From a virus (lineage: Duplodnaviria > Caudoviricetes), in IMG/VR virus record IMGVR_UViG_3300020172_000524, positions 1 through 64,000 of that record: a stretch of 64,000 nt of DNA. One strand, given 5' to 3'. A program made the position numbers and the translations under genes. Below the pieces are notes generated by a model. The model was given only the letters and a program-made list of their open reading frames with translations. It ran no database searches and was not told the origin of the DNA. Numbering within the stretch: the first letter of the stretch is position 1; each line of letters opens with the position of its first letter. Positions 49,401 through 57,489 of the stretch are shown one piece after another.

Positions 49401-52400
49401 GCTATTCTTAGTAGGTATCCTACTTTTGATGCACAAGATCTTACTGATGCTTACCAAAGATTAAACAATGCAGTATTAGGCTTTAGAGATAACGATGGAG
49501 CTATCCAAGGTAATGACGTTGTTAACGCTGGTAACTTGTTTCAGACTGTAAAAGAAATAGAAGAAGAGATAGAAACCATTAAGAAAAATAGTCAGGCTAG
49601 GGAAGTAAGCAAAGATGACCAAGAAGAGTTGGCTAGACTGTATAAGATGCTTAATGCTTTGCAGGGTAGAAAAGAAACTCAATACTATAAAGACAAAGTA
49701 TCAGAAGTACAGGCAAGTATCAGAACAGAGTTAGCTCAGGATGAAGAGTTCATGAAGGACTTGGATGAAAAAGCTAAAGCTAGAAGAGATTCTTACATTG
49801 CAGCACAGTTAATGAATACTTTTACAACAGTAGAAGATGTTAAACAAGCAATGATTGAGGAAGAGATAGAAGATAGGTTTAGAGCAACTCAATGGTATAA
49901 GGACAATCACATCGTTACAGAAGAAACTAGAATCGTAAACGGAGATACAGTAACAACTACAAAAGAAAGACCTTCTTATATTTGGACTCAGGTAGTACCT
50001 AAAGATCCTAGAAATATTATAGAAGAATCTCCTTCTTTTCAGTGGGCTATTCCTGTAATTGATGAGACTTTCAAGAATAAAGATTATCGTTTTACTACAG
50101 AACCTAGACCTAGAGAAACTCAAGATGGTAAATACTCTAACCCAGAGTATTCTAGCTTACCTGCACAAGAGAAAGCTATCTTAGATGATATTATTGCTTT
50201 ACATGAAGACGTACAGAAAGAGTTGCCTAAGAGTCAACGTGTAGGGTATGCTATTGTAAACGAAAACAAGACAGCATTTGAAACTTTATCTACTGCTTTA
50301 AGAAAGCCTCTAGATACATTCTCAGGAATCTATGAGTTGTTTAAGTTAACATTTGCACCTAACATAGGATCTGCTGAGTACGAAAGATTAGATGACTCAG
50401 AAGTAGAGGTTATTAGTGGAAGAAAGGTACAATTGATTCGTAGTCGTTATAAGACTCCTTTAAACACTAACCAAGTATCTTATAATATTCTAGGTAACAT
50501 TGCTAAGTTTGGTGTTTACTCTTCCCACTTTGCAGCCATGCAGAAGATTATGCCTACTGTGTTCAGCACAAGAGACGCATTAGAGAGAAACAAATCAGCA
50601 GAAAGTACTTTATCTACAGTAGACTTCGAAATTTCTAAGAACTTCTACGGAGAAGAAATTAGTTCTATGGGTAACAATAAGTATGTAAAACTTATTAGTC
50701 GTCCTTTAAATAAGTTCTTATCTGTAGGTCAACGTAAAGCTTTACAGTTTAACGTAATTGCATCTATAAAGAACTTTGCAATCAACTTATGGAACGCAGG
50801 TATAAACAATAACCTAGCAGGTGTAACTAGAGCAGAGTTTATTCAAGGTATGTGGAGAGGTATCAAACAATCAGATAAGATGTTTGAAGTGTACAGAGGA
50901 GGAGGAAATGTTTCTTACTACGCAGATTTATTGATGCATTTTAATGCTATGCCACAAGCACAACCTGGAGCTAAAGCAGATACTATCCATCAGACTATGT
51001 TGAATAGGTTTGTTTCTAGTGAGACTGCAGGATTTGTAGTACGTGGATACTTAGAAAGTATTTCTACTATTGCTGTATTTGAATCTATCATGAACCAATA
51101 TAACGTTCAGATAGAACAGGGAGGAACAACAAGAACTATTAAGTTAGCAGAAGCTTACGAGCAAGTAAATGGTAAACTTCAGCTTAAAGCAGGAGTTAAA
51201 GTAGAGAAAATAGATCGCTTAGAGCAAGAAATCAGGGATAGAATCTTTAACTACTTTACTTCATCTCAAGGTAACTACTATAAGAGAGGATCTGCTCAGT
51301 ACGAAAGATACATTATTGCTAGAATGGTGATGAGTATGAAGCGTTGGCTAACTAGCACATTTAATAATAAGTATGGAGCGAGAAGACTTCAGTTAAACAC
51401 AGGTAACCTAGAGAAAGGATTTAACAGAGAAGTTATGTCTTATGTCCAGTTGCTAGCTTTGGGAGGTAGTTCTATGGCTAACCAGATGACTACTGATCAA
51501 CAGAAATCTAGAATGCGTACTGCAGCAACTAACTTAGTAGCTATGCTTGCTGTTCAACAAGCTTTAATTACTACTATGGGTATACTTGCTAAGTCCTTAG
51601 ATGATGATGATGAAGAGCCTACTAGTCCTTTCTTGGCGTTTATTGGTAATATTCTTCAGGGTATGCATGATGAGTTAAGTACCTTTAGTCCTTTAGGAGC
51701 AGCAAACTGGGCTTACAAATCACTCCTACAAACTCCTCAGAAACAACCAGGAGAGAGTGATGCAGTAGCAAGAGCTAAACAAATAAGTTGGAGTTTGATT
51801 GGAGGTACAACCAAGGCTTCTTATGATGCTTTAACTCCTTTCTTTGATAAGGATACTTGGTTAGATCCTGCAGGTTCTTTTACTTATAGATATACTAACG
51901 GAAAACCCGATTCTTTTAGTACTCCTGAAGCATTAGAAGGAAAATCAAACTTACTTGCAGCTTTCATGATTTATACGGGAGCAGAAGTAGGTATGAGTCA
52001 ATTCCTACAACCAGAGAAGAAGCTTTATACAGTTCTAAAATACAATCCAAGGTTAGACTTTACAGAGGAAAGAAGAATTAAACTAGATCCAATGGGAAGC
52101 TACAATGAGTTGAGTGAAAGGGTAACAGCAATAAAAAAAGAGTTGAAGTCAGTAGTTCCCTCAGAGATAATAACAGATAGAGCAGAAAGAGACGCTAAGA
52201 TTTCCGAAATACTAGTCCTAGAGAAAACCATGGAAACAATAGGAGAACAATATTCATATGTAGGAGCATACTATAGAAATAGAAAGTTTGCTTCTTCTTT
52301 GGGTAGTTCAGAAGCAGCAGATCTAGATAAGGAGATTAAAAGATACCAAATACAGAATAACCCACAAGATTTTATCAGAGAAAAGATAAAGTCTAAACAG

Positions 52401-52448
52401 GAAAGTCTAGAAAATAAAAGAGCTAAGGAGAGACTAAGGGGAAAATAG
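46419..52448 (+). CDS. Giant virion-packaged protein with a zincin-like metallopeptidase domain
   Basis: AFYDNNSRTIYI...IIHESMHAYT...EEFVSEVVSNPDF (HExxH at 47190 plus a downstream Glu); long helical body; the single Cys is residue 3. Confidence 0.75.
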   Translation: MSCKATIKSPITGKTVMSTTYFQLTNVFDKEKAVDIYNSMYTPAFQDLLGFDWTTNKQYREELNLNGEPKIEYLNKILNLEMSDYQIDAINSQEDILTQLDPMQNFPSYEEAQVVAAQFNLNPRYKNVSAEVIRTDDGFRVAVGVYSIARPETKETLSALNFGEIISQFFPSSDTNWNDVVSGLLTSDRISDTQKTILSKLQELQNINPSVKLVVFDDTDSMDAGQVAFYDNNSRTIYIGKTVSESMDDSKLIRDIIHESMHAYTIKALNEPVTDQEKAFKAEMEKAYNSYLKKFPNLVVNYGFNNVEEFVSEVVSNPDFRAALITQQESLKEDKNFLRNMIEKITNFLKGLYTDVPNLEEIDSTINNYLDHLVETRDMPVTQGEYDLRFRNEKFNPNGVTDLERFPELQKFVNFINKNSSTKMWGQITQSLKEIDSSLRNTGRLQERFTSINATNAKDILANTISYLNSALSTLSTVQNQLELYKKNASEFEDFAIIKTFNYAKNLSGVIKDQLNEFEKEFNSIFNVADITDMQEKASTIEAFEMSVPNYEEVVREILSSIEGTRKLADSIDSNYNNAVIAPIARELSSSFGESATIEGKKRVQEQLAALVAAKAKADSTGKTALSKVLAREIEDLRQLEKFIPTAKNIEELLKNDKKNGRETSLLGMWINNAVQGKNPTVQIVKQFIDKATAEAQVNSGKFSKRAQDIFDRLRALRGKLATEVMTYQTLYKGFTREVEVLHKQPDGSFKKVKQAILNTKLKEEEFQNDLKILLQREDDALKTGNQSAIDSTKEATNKFLEEYAMRPYTDEYYKIQGLLTEEAKQAREEILSEISFLSEDPNPEEGTKDEIKRLLTEFNRLGSLYYSNGDEKPAGSKERRIAESIMAWKKERNNRDVLTYDNLTKRKQWQIQKNEIDEQYSKILKRKNASDISMSMAGFAEVADENLAEQNENITKEFEEAKKVRDQWYEENTKTEIAPEFYRQQQAITDSINAILSRYPTFDAQDLTDAYQRLNNAVLGFRDNDGAIQGNDVVNAGNLFQTVKEIEEEIETIKKNSQAREVSKDDQEELARLYKMLNALQGRKETQYYKDKVSEVQASIRTELAQDEEFMKDLDEKAKARRDSYIAAQLMNTFTTVEDVKQAMIEEEIEDRFRATQWYKDNHIVTEETRIVNGDTVTTTKERPSYIWTQVVPKDPRNIIEESPSFQWAIPVIDETFKNKDYRFTTEPRPRETQDGKYSNPEYSSLPAQEKAILDDIIALHEDVQKELPKSQRVGYAIVNENKTAFETLSTALRKPLDTFSGIYELFKLTFAPNIGSAEYERLDDSEVEVISGRKVQLIRSRYKTPLNTNQVSYNILGNIAKFGVYSSHFAAMQKIMPTVFSTRDALERNKSAESTLSTVDFEISKNFYGEEISSMGNNKYVKLISRPLNKFLSVGQRKALQFNVIASIKNFAINLWNAGINNNLAGVTRAEFIQGMWRGIKQSDKMFEVYRGGGNVSYYADLLMHFNAMPQAQPGAKADTIHQTMLNRFVSSETAGFVVRGYLESISTIAVFESIMNQYNVQIEQGGTTRTIKLAEAYEQVNGKLQLKAGVKVEKIDRLEQEIRDRIFNYFTSSQGNYYKRGSAQYERYIIARMVMSMKRWLTSTFNNKYGARRLQLNTGNLEKGFNREVMSYVQLLALGGSSMANQMTTDQQKSRMRTAATNLVAMLAVQQALITTMGILAKSLDDDDEEPTSPFLAFIGNILQGMHDELSTFSPLGAANWAYKSLLQTPQKQPGESDAVARAKQISWSLIGGTTKASYDALTPFFDKDTWLDPAGSFTYRYTNGKPDSFSTPEALEGKSNLLAAFMIYTGAEVGMSQFLQPEKKLYTVLKYNPRLDFTEERRIKLDPMGSYNELSERVTAIKKELKSVVPSEIITDRAERDAKISEILVLEKTMETIGEQYSYVGAYYRNRKFASSLGSSEAADLDKEIKRYQIQNNPQDFIREKIKSKQESLENKRAKERLRGK

Positions 52449-52461
52449 TCCTCCTAGTTTC

Positions 52462-52491
52462 TTGACTTTATTTTTAATTAAAGTATTTTTG
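52462..52491 (+). promoter_or_regulatory. Promoter TTGACTT...TATTTTTG
   Basis: TTG-N19-TAnnTTTG upstream of the lysis-like operon. Confidence 0.65.
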
Positions 52492-52537
52492 TTATACGGA
52501 CTAAGGTCGGACTTAACAGTCGTAAAGATAAATATTT

Positions 52538-52876
52538 ATGGAAACACATGACATTCTCAGAGAGCAATCAAAGAAACTTCGTCACATTGAAGGTCAACTT
52601 TGTTGCATCAACGCTAGCGTAACTGCGGAAGCAGGTATGAACGGCAGTAAAGTAATCTCAGGCACATCACCAGTTACAGGTACTTTTCAGTACTTTGTTG
52701 TTAACGCATCAGCTGTAGTTAGTGCTATTTTAGATCAGAACGCAGCTAGTCTTATGACAAGCTTAGGTCTTTCAGGAGTTACTTTGGCACCAGGAATGAA
52801 GATTAGCGTAGCTAAAGGAACAACTATCTCTTCTATAACACTTGCTTCAGGATCTATTATTGCTTACAACGCTTAA
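52538..52876 (+). CDS. Small beta-rich putative structural protein
   Basis: C-terminal ISSITLASGSIIAY motif; first gene after the promoter. Confidence 0.55.
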   Translation: METHDILREQSKKLRHIEGQLCCINASVTAEAGMNGSKVISGTSPVTGTFQYFVVNASAVVSAILDQNAASLMTSLGLSGVTLAPGMKISVAKGTTISSITLASGSIIAYNA

Positions 52877-52879
52877 TTC

Positions 52880-53305
52880 ATGAAGACCCTTTTAGTAACT
52901 ATCACCACAGTATGTGCCTTCTTGGGCACATATTTTTTAAATCTAACTGCAGATAACGCAGAACAATACTTAGCGATTGTTGCTGTTGTATTTGTAGATG
53001 GATTTTTTGGTGTGTGGGCAGGTACTAAGAAGATTGGTTTTCAGACAAGAAAAGCAGTTAAAGTACTTCAGACCTTGTTTGCTTGGGTAATGATTCTTTC
53101 TGCTATCTTAATGGTAGAGAAGGGTTTCCAAGGTACGTTCTGGCTTTCAGAAACTTTCTGTGCTCCTTTTATTGTCTTCCAACTTATTAGTGCGCTTAAG
53201 AATGCTCACACAGTAGGAGTACTAAACAACAGTGTACTATCTCAGATCTTAGCAAAGATAGACCAGCATAAATTTAACCACGATAATGAAAAACCTCTCG
53301 ATTAA
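52880..53305 (+). CDS. Putative holin
   Basis: Several TM segments; VDGFFGVWAG...SALKNA...G pattern resembling phage holin family 4. Confidence 0.7.
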   Translation: MKTLLVTITTVCAFLGTYFLNLTADNAEQYLAIVAVVFVDGFFGVWAGTKKIGFQTRKAVKVLQTLFAWVMILSAILMVEKGFQGTFWLSETFCAPFIVFQLISALKNAHTVGVLNNSVLSQILAKIDQHKFNHDNEKPLD

Positions 53306-53603
53306 ACTTAATATTATCTTTTTCTTCATCATTGCTTACTTACTTTTTAAGTATGAGTATGTACAGGAACAAGATACTAATCAAGTAATATCTTTTATTG
53401 ATTCTATAGATAAACAAAACGATACTTACTTTGAAAAAATTGACTCTCTAGAACATATAAAGCACGAAGAGTATTTCCGTTACGAACAAATCACCCTAAA
53501 GTATGACACAATTCAGATTGCTATTGACACTATGCCTGATATTGACGGCACAAAATTCTTACTCACAATCAGTAGACAGCTTACCCTTAAAGGAGTTGAA
53601 TGA
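53286..53603 (+). CDS. Protein with an N-terminal TM and coiled coil (i-spanin-like)
   Basis: LNIIFFFIIAYLLF anchor; follows the holin. Confidence 0.5.
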   Translation: MKNLSIKLNIIFFFIIAYLLFKYEYVQEQDTNQVISFIDSIDKQNDTYFEKIDSLEHIKHEEYFRYEQITLKYDTIQIAIDTMPDIDGTKFLLTISRQLTLKGVE

Positions 53604-53862
53604 TGAATTCCTAAAAGGAATTCAAGCACGTGAGAGAGTAGTAAGTCTTAAGAAGATTATCAAGACAGATAGCGTTCAGTTATCCTTGTATAAAGATTCT
53701 ATTATCCCTAACTATAAGAAGGCTTTAGATACCGCTAAAGTAGAGATAGTTCGCTTAGATACTAAAGTTAGATCTCAAGCAGAAACAATTAAAACTTTAA
53801 AGAACGTTTTGAAAGGCGGGTTATTTGCTATAGCTTTGTTAACCATAGGGTTAATACTTTAA
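53503..53862 (+). CDS. Signal peptide, coiled coil and C-terminal TM protein (spanin-partner-like)
   Basis: Overlaps the previous gene by 101 nt; SYS|Q cleavage-like site; ends GGLFAIALLTIGLIL. Confidence 0.5.
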   Translation: MTQFRLLLTLCLILTAQNSYSQSVDSLPLKELNDEFLKGIQARERVVSLKKIIKTDSVQLSLYKDSIIPNYKKALDTAKVEIVRLDTKVRSQAETIKTLKNVLKGGLFAIALLTIGLIL

Positions 53863-53873
53863 CCTACCAGCCT

Positions 53874-55193
53874 ATGATGCCAATCTCTAAACAGATTATC
53901 CAACACTACATGGATAATCCAAATACGGATGAGTCAGCTTTAGAAGTTGCTATTCGTTTCAACTATCAACCAGAAGTATATAATGAGCTAAGAGCTAAGC
54001 GAGTTCGTGACTTAAAAAGAACTGCTATGTATAAGTTGGGTGCAGATAAACCTGTATCACCTAACGATCAACCTACACAAATTACAGGAACTTATGATGA
54101 GAATCTAGATAAAGGTACACTTGAGGTATCTAAACTAGTTTCTACTCAACCTAGATCTTCTGAAGAAATCATTGAAATTCATAAGATAGATAGATCTAAG
54201 TGGAGATTAGTACAATATTGGAGTAAAGAAAAACAATCAGGTTGGCTAGTGTCAGCCTTATTTGCTTCTATAAAGCCTGAGGATAGTCTTCCTCAAGACA
54301 TAGAGAACGTTCTTAGAGAGGTTTTCTTAGAATCTAATATAACTCCGTACCCAACACCTAGAAAGTCTCCTATAGCGTCTAAGAGAGGCTTATTCGTCTA
54401 CATGAGTGACAAACACGTAGGTGCTCTTACTCATCCTAACTCTATTTTCAACAATCAGTACAACGAAGATGTCTTCGAAGTACGTATGATGAGAGTATTA
54501 GAAGAGATAGAGAAGCAAGTAAAGACCTATGGAAGGTTAGAAGATCTTTTTATTTGTGACTTAGGAGATTCATTAGATGGTTGGAGTGGTCATACTACTA
54601 GAGGAGGACATGCACTTCCACAGAATATGAATAACAAAGAGTCTTTTATGACTTATCTTTATGCTCATAAGCGATTCTTTGACCTGTTAGTAGAAAAAAA
54701 CTTAGCTAATAACATTCATGCTATTATGCAGACAGAAGATAACCACTCAGGTTCTTTTGGCTACATAACTAACCAAGCACTAACTCTTTATTTAAATACG
54801 GCTTATCCTTTTATCAAAGTAACGATAATGGAGAAGTTCTTAGAACATTTTGACTATGGAAAACATACATTTATTTTTACTCATGGAAAAGACTCTGAGG
54901 ATCTTAAGCATGGTCTTCCCCTTTTCTTAACCGAGAAAGCAGAAAATTTTCTTAACAAGTATATAGATCACCACAATTTAGGAGAGAATAAAAACATCTC
55001 GATAGTAAAAGGTGACCTACATACAGAGAGCATGCAGCAAGTTTACAAGTTTAGATATAGGAATGTATTGTCTATGTACGGCTCTTCTAAGTGGGTAATG
55101 AATAACTTTGGTCCTGGTTATCCAGGAGTTTCATTTGATTTAGTAGAAAAAGATACGGATTTAATATATTCGTTTTATATTCGCTTTAAATAA
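53874..55193 (+). CDS. Calcineurin-like metallophosphoesterase-fold protein
   Basis: SDKHVG, GDSLDG, DNH, THG and GDLH metal-binding motifs in the expected order. Confidence 0.75.
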   Translation: MMPISKQIIQHYMDNPNTDESALEVAIRFNYQPEVYNELRAKRVRDLKRTAMYKLGADKPVSPNDQPTQITGTYDENLDKGTLEVSKLVSTQPRSSEEIIEIHKIDRSKWRLVQYWSKEKQSGWLVSALFASIKPEDSLPQDIENVLREVFLESNITPYPTPRKSPIASKRGLFVYMSDKHVGALTHPNSIFNNQYNEDVFEVRMMRVLEEIEKQVKTYGRLEDLFICDLGDSLDGWSGHTTRGGHALPQNMNNKESFMTYLYAHKRFFDLLVEKNLANNIHAIMQTEDNHSGSFGYITNQALTLYLNTAYPFIKVTIMEKFLEHFDYGKHTFIFTHGKDSEDLKHGLPLFLTEKAENFLNKYIDHHNLGENKNISIVKGDLHTESMQQVYKFRYRNVLSMYGSSKWVMNNFGPGYPGVSFDLVEKDTDLIYSFYIRFK

Positions 55194-55200
55194 AATTAAG

Positions 55201-55431
55201 ATGATTAAGCTAGCAGATATAGATAAACTTATAAACCAGTTCTATTTAGACTCAGAGAAGGATGGGTTAGCAGTAAGACCTAATGTGGTACTGCTTACAG
55301 AAGATCAGTTTGAAGATCTATTAAAAGAAATGGGAGTAGAAGAAGAAGACGATGTTGTAATAGAAAGTATACTAGGATTAGATGTCGTCATAGCAAACGG
55401 GATAGAACATCCAAGAGTAATAAGATTATAA
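55201..55431 (+). CDS. Hypothetical acidic protein
   Basis: 76 aa; last + strand gene before the convergent terminator. Confidence 0.65.
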   Translation: MIKLADIDKLINQFYLDSEKDGLAVRPNVVLLTEDQFEDLLKEMGVEEEDDVVIESILGLDVVIANGIEHPRVIRL

Positions 55432-55465
55432 AAAAAGGGGCCCTATTAAGAGCCCCTTTTCTTTT
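55431..55465. terminator. Bidirectional intrinsic terminator at the strand switch
   Basis: A-run, GGGGC...GCCCC stem, TTTTCTTTT; lies between convergent operons. Confidence 0.8.
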
Positions 55466-55472
55466 GGTTGGT

Positions 55473-55513
55473 AAACTAAATAACTAAAAACTAAAACTAA
55501 ATAAACTAAAACT
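55473..55513. repeat. Tandem degenerate A(A)ACTAAA repeats
   Basis: aaactaaataactaaaaactaaaactaaataaactaaaact; a similar tract lies at 26999-27030. Confidence 0.7.
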
Positions 55514-55517
55514 ATGA

Positions 55518-55841
55518 TTACATCGCTTGTGGTCCTCCTGTAGCAGCTAAGAAAGCAAGAACTTCTTCTTTTACTTTTAGCTCTACTACGATTGGCTCAC
55601 TTGTGATTTCAAATTTAGTGATTTTTACTGGAACTTTTTGCTTAGTTGCAGGATCAATTTTGTATTGATAGTCTACAGGGTTAAGTTTATCAGCGTTACC
55701 TTCTAAGACAACGGCTAAACCATTCTCTGTAGGGTAAGTCATAAGAACCTTGTGGATGTTAAAAGAGAAACCTTTCTTGATGATCAATTCCATCTCTTCA
55801 CCGTTCTCTACTTTTTCTTTTTCTGTATAATAGAATAACAT
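55518..55841 (-). CDS. Hypothetical protein
   Basis: ORF track gives 55518..55865; the ATG at 55841 avoids overlap with the upstream gene. Confidence 0.65.
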   Translation of the reverse strand: MLFYYTEKEKVENGEEMELIIKKGFSFNIHKVLMTYPTENGLAVVLEGNADKLNPVDYQYKIDPATKQKVPVKITKFEITSEPIVVELKVKEEVLAFLAATGGPQAM

Positions 55842-55851
55842 AATCTTTCTT

Positions 55852-56136
55852 TTAATTCCATACAATAGCGATGTCGCTATCTCTTACCATGATTTTCTCT
55901 TCTCCATCTACTTCAACTAGTTCAGCAGACTGAAGATACATTAGGTTTACGTATACTACGTCTCCTTCTGATACATTGACTACGTCTTCTCCAACTGCAT
56001 AAACTTCTAGATGCTTTAAGCCTACTAGTTCTTTCATGTTCAATTCTTCTTCCATCTCTGGTGTAAGCTGAATGAGTCTTTCTTCTCTCTTAGGACGATT
56101 GAGTAATACTCTGTGTCCTTTTACTGTGATTGCCAT
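55852..56136 (-). CDS. groES: GroES-like co-chaperonin
   Basis: GHRVLL...EVYAVGEDVVNVSEGDVVYV...VEVDGEEKIMVRDSDIAIV matches the Cpn10 pattern; 94 aa. Confidence 0.8.
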   Translation of the reverse strand: MAITVKGHRVLLNRPKREERLIQLTPEMEEELNMKELVGLKHLEVYAVGEDVVNVSEGDVVYVNLMYLQSAELVEVDGEEKIMVRDSDIAIVWN

Positions 56137-56142
56137 ATTGTT

Positions 56143-56583
56143 TTAATTTGTTTTTGCTTTGATTACATCTAGACCTGCTGCTATTAATAGTTCTAATCCT
56201 GTTCTATCTCTATAATCTTCTAGATATACAAATGTAGTGATTCCACTTTGAATAATCAACTTAGCACAATGCACACAGCATGCATGAGTACAGTACATAG
56301 TTGCTCCTTCTGTACTGATAGGACTCTTGCATGCTTTAGTAATTGCATTGGATTCTGAGTGGAGTACGTATTCAAAGGTTGTATCATTCTCTTCACATAC
56401 ATTTGGAAACCCTGAAGGAGTTCCATTATACCCAAAAGAGATAATGTTTCCGTTCTTTACGATTAAAGATCCTACCTGTAGTCTCTCACAGTAAGATTCT
56501 TGAGCGATTCTTACAGCTAAATCTAAGTAAAGTTCAGACTTATCAGTCTTAGGCATGTTGTATATGATAGGTATTTTATACAT
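56143..56583 (-). CDS. dCMP deaminase
   Basis: SYCERLQVG...GYNGTPSG...HSESNAI...CCVHCAKLIIQSGI Zn-deaminase motifs. Confidence 0.9.
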   Translation of the reverse strand: MYKIPIIYNMPKTDKSELYLDLAVRIAQESYCERLQVGSLIVKNGNIISFGYNGTPSGFPNVCEENDTTFEYVLHSESNAITKACKSPISTEGATMYCTHACCVHCAKLIIQSGITTFVYLEDYRDRTGLELLIAAGLDVIKAKTN

Positions 56584-57031
56584 TATTGTTTATTAAAAAT
56601 TGTTCAGGCGGTACAAATCTACAAAGTTCTCTTGGTACTTCATAAAAATCTTCCCAACCTTTTCTACCATCTTTAGTTATATACTTTTGTACTTTATGTT
56701 CGTATCTAAAAATTACATCAGAAGGTGCCCATATAGCTCCACCATTCCTATTACTAATTATAAAATATATAAACCAGTTCTTCTCAGCAAACTTTCGCTT
56801 ACGAGAAAGAAATGATACTGTTTTATAAAAAGCTTCAGGAGTAGTAATACTTATGTCTTTTTTCATTTCTGCCTCAAACAGATATCTATTACCATCCTTA
56901 TAGGCTAGTATGTCTATATTAAAGTCTTCTTCTTTAGATTCTATTTCATAACCTTTACTACTTAGAAAATCAGAAAGGAGTTTTATTCCTTTCTGATTAT
57001 AAGTATTGTATGATTCTTGTATAAACGGCAC
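56576..57031 (-). CDS. Putative PD-(D/E)xK nuclease
   Basis: IDILAYKDG...FEAEMKK motif. Confidence 0.6.
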   Translation of the reverse strand: MPFIQESYNTYNQKGIKLLSDFLSSKGYEIESKEEDFNIDILAYKDGNRYLFEAEMKKDISITTPEAFYKTVSFLSRKRKFAEKNWFIYFIISNRNGGAIWAPSDVIFRYEHKVQKYITKDGRKGWEDFYEVPRELCRFVPPEQFLINNNV

Positions 57032-57489
57032 TAAGATAAACTGAGTTCAAATCTAAAGATTTCTTTTGGAATATCTACAACTACGTCTTTAAAATTTATA
57101 TCACGATGTAAAAGAGATTTATAATCTTTGGACATGTCATTAAATCTACCTTGCTTAAACAATTCAATGTCTCTGTGGTATAAAGAACTAGGTCTAAAGA
57201 CATACATAACCATATCATCTACTTCATAATAGTCGTAGAAAGAGTCAAATCCTGTAATTTTAGTTTCAAACATCTCAAAAGCATCTTTGTCTGTAGGCTT
57301 AAACAGAAAGAACAAACAGTTAGTGTACTTACTTTTATACCCGTAATCATCTATGTAAACATTAACTAACCCAAAGTTAGCAAGTAAACGAGCAGCATTA
57401 GCCCCTGATGTAAATATCATGGGGCTAAGGAATTTTGTGGTATTGTTTGTAGTATCTGAGTACACTTTACACAATTCTAAGTCCGTCAT
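57031..57489 (-). CDS. Hypothetical protein
   Basis: 152-aa ORF coupled to its neighbours. Confidence 0.7.
   Translation of the reverse strand: MTDLELCKVYSDTTNNTTKFLSPMIFTSGANAARLLANFGLVNVYIDDYGYKSKYTNCLFFLFKPTDKDAFEMFETKITGFDSFYDYYEVDDMVMYVFRPSSLYHRDIELFKQGRFNDMSKDYKSLLHRDINFKDVVVDIPKEIFRFELSLS

Noticed and set aside
55513-55543. Tiny + strand ORF (MITSLVVLL) after the AAACTAAA tract
   Set aside because: Nine codons, downstream of a terminator and antisense to a real gene, with no promoter seen.
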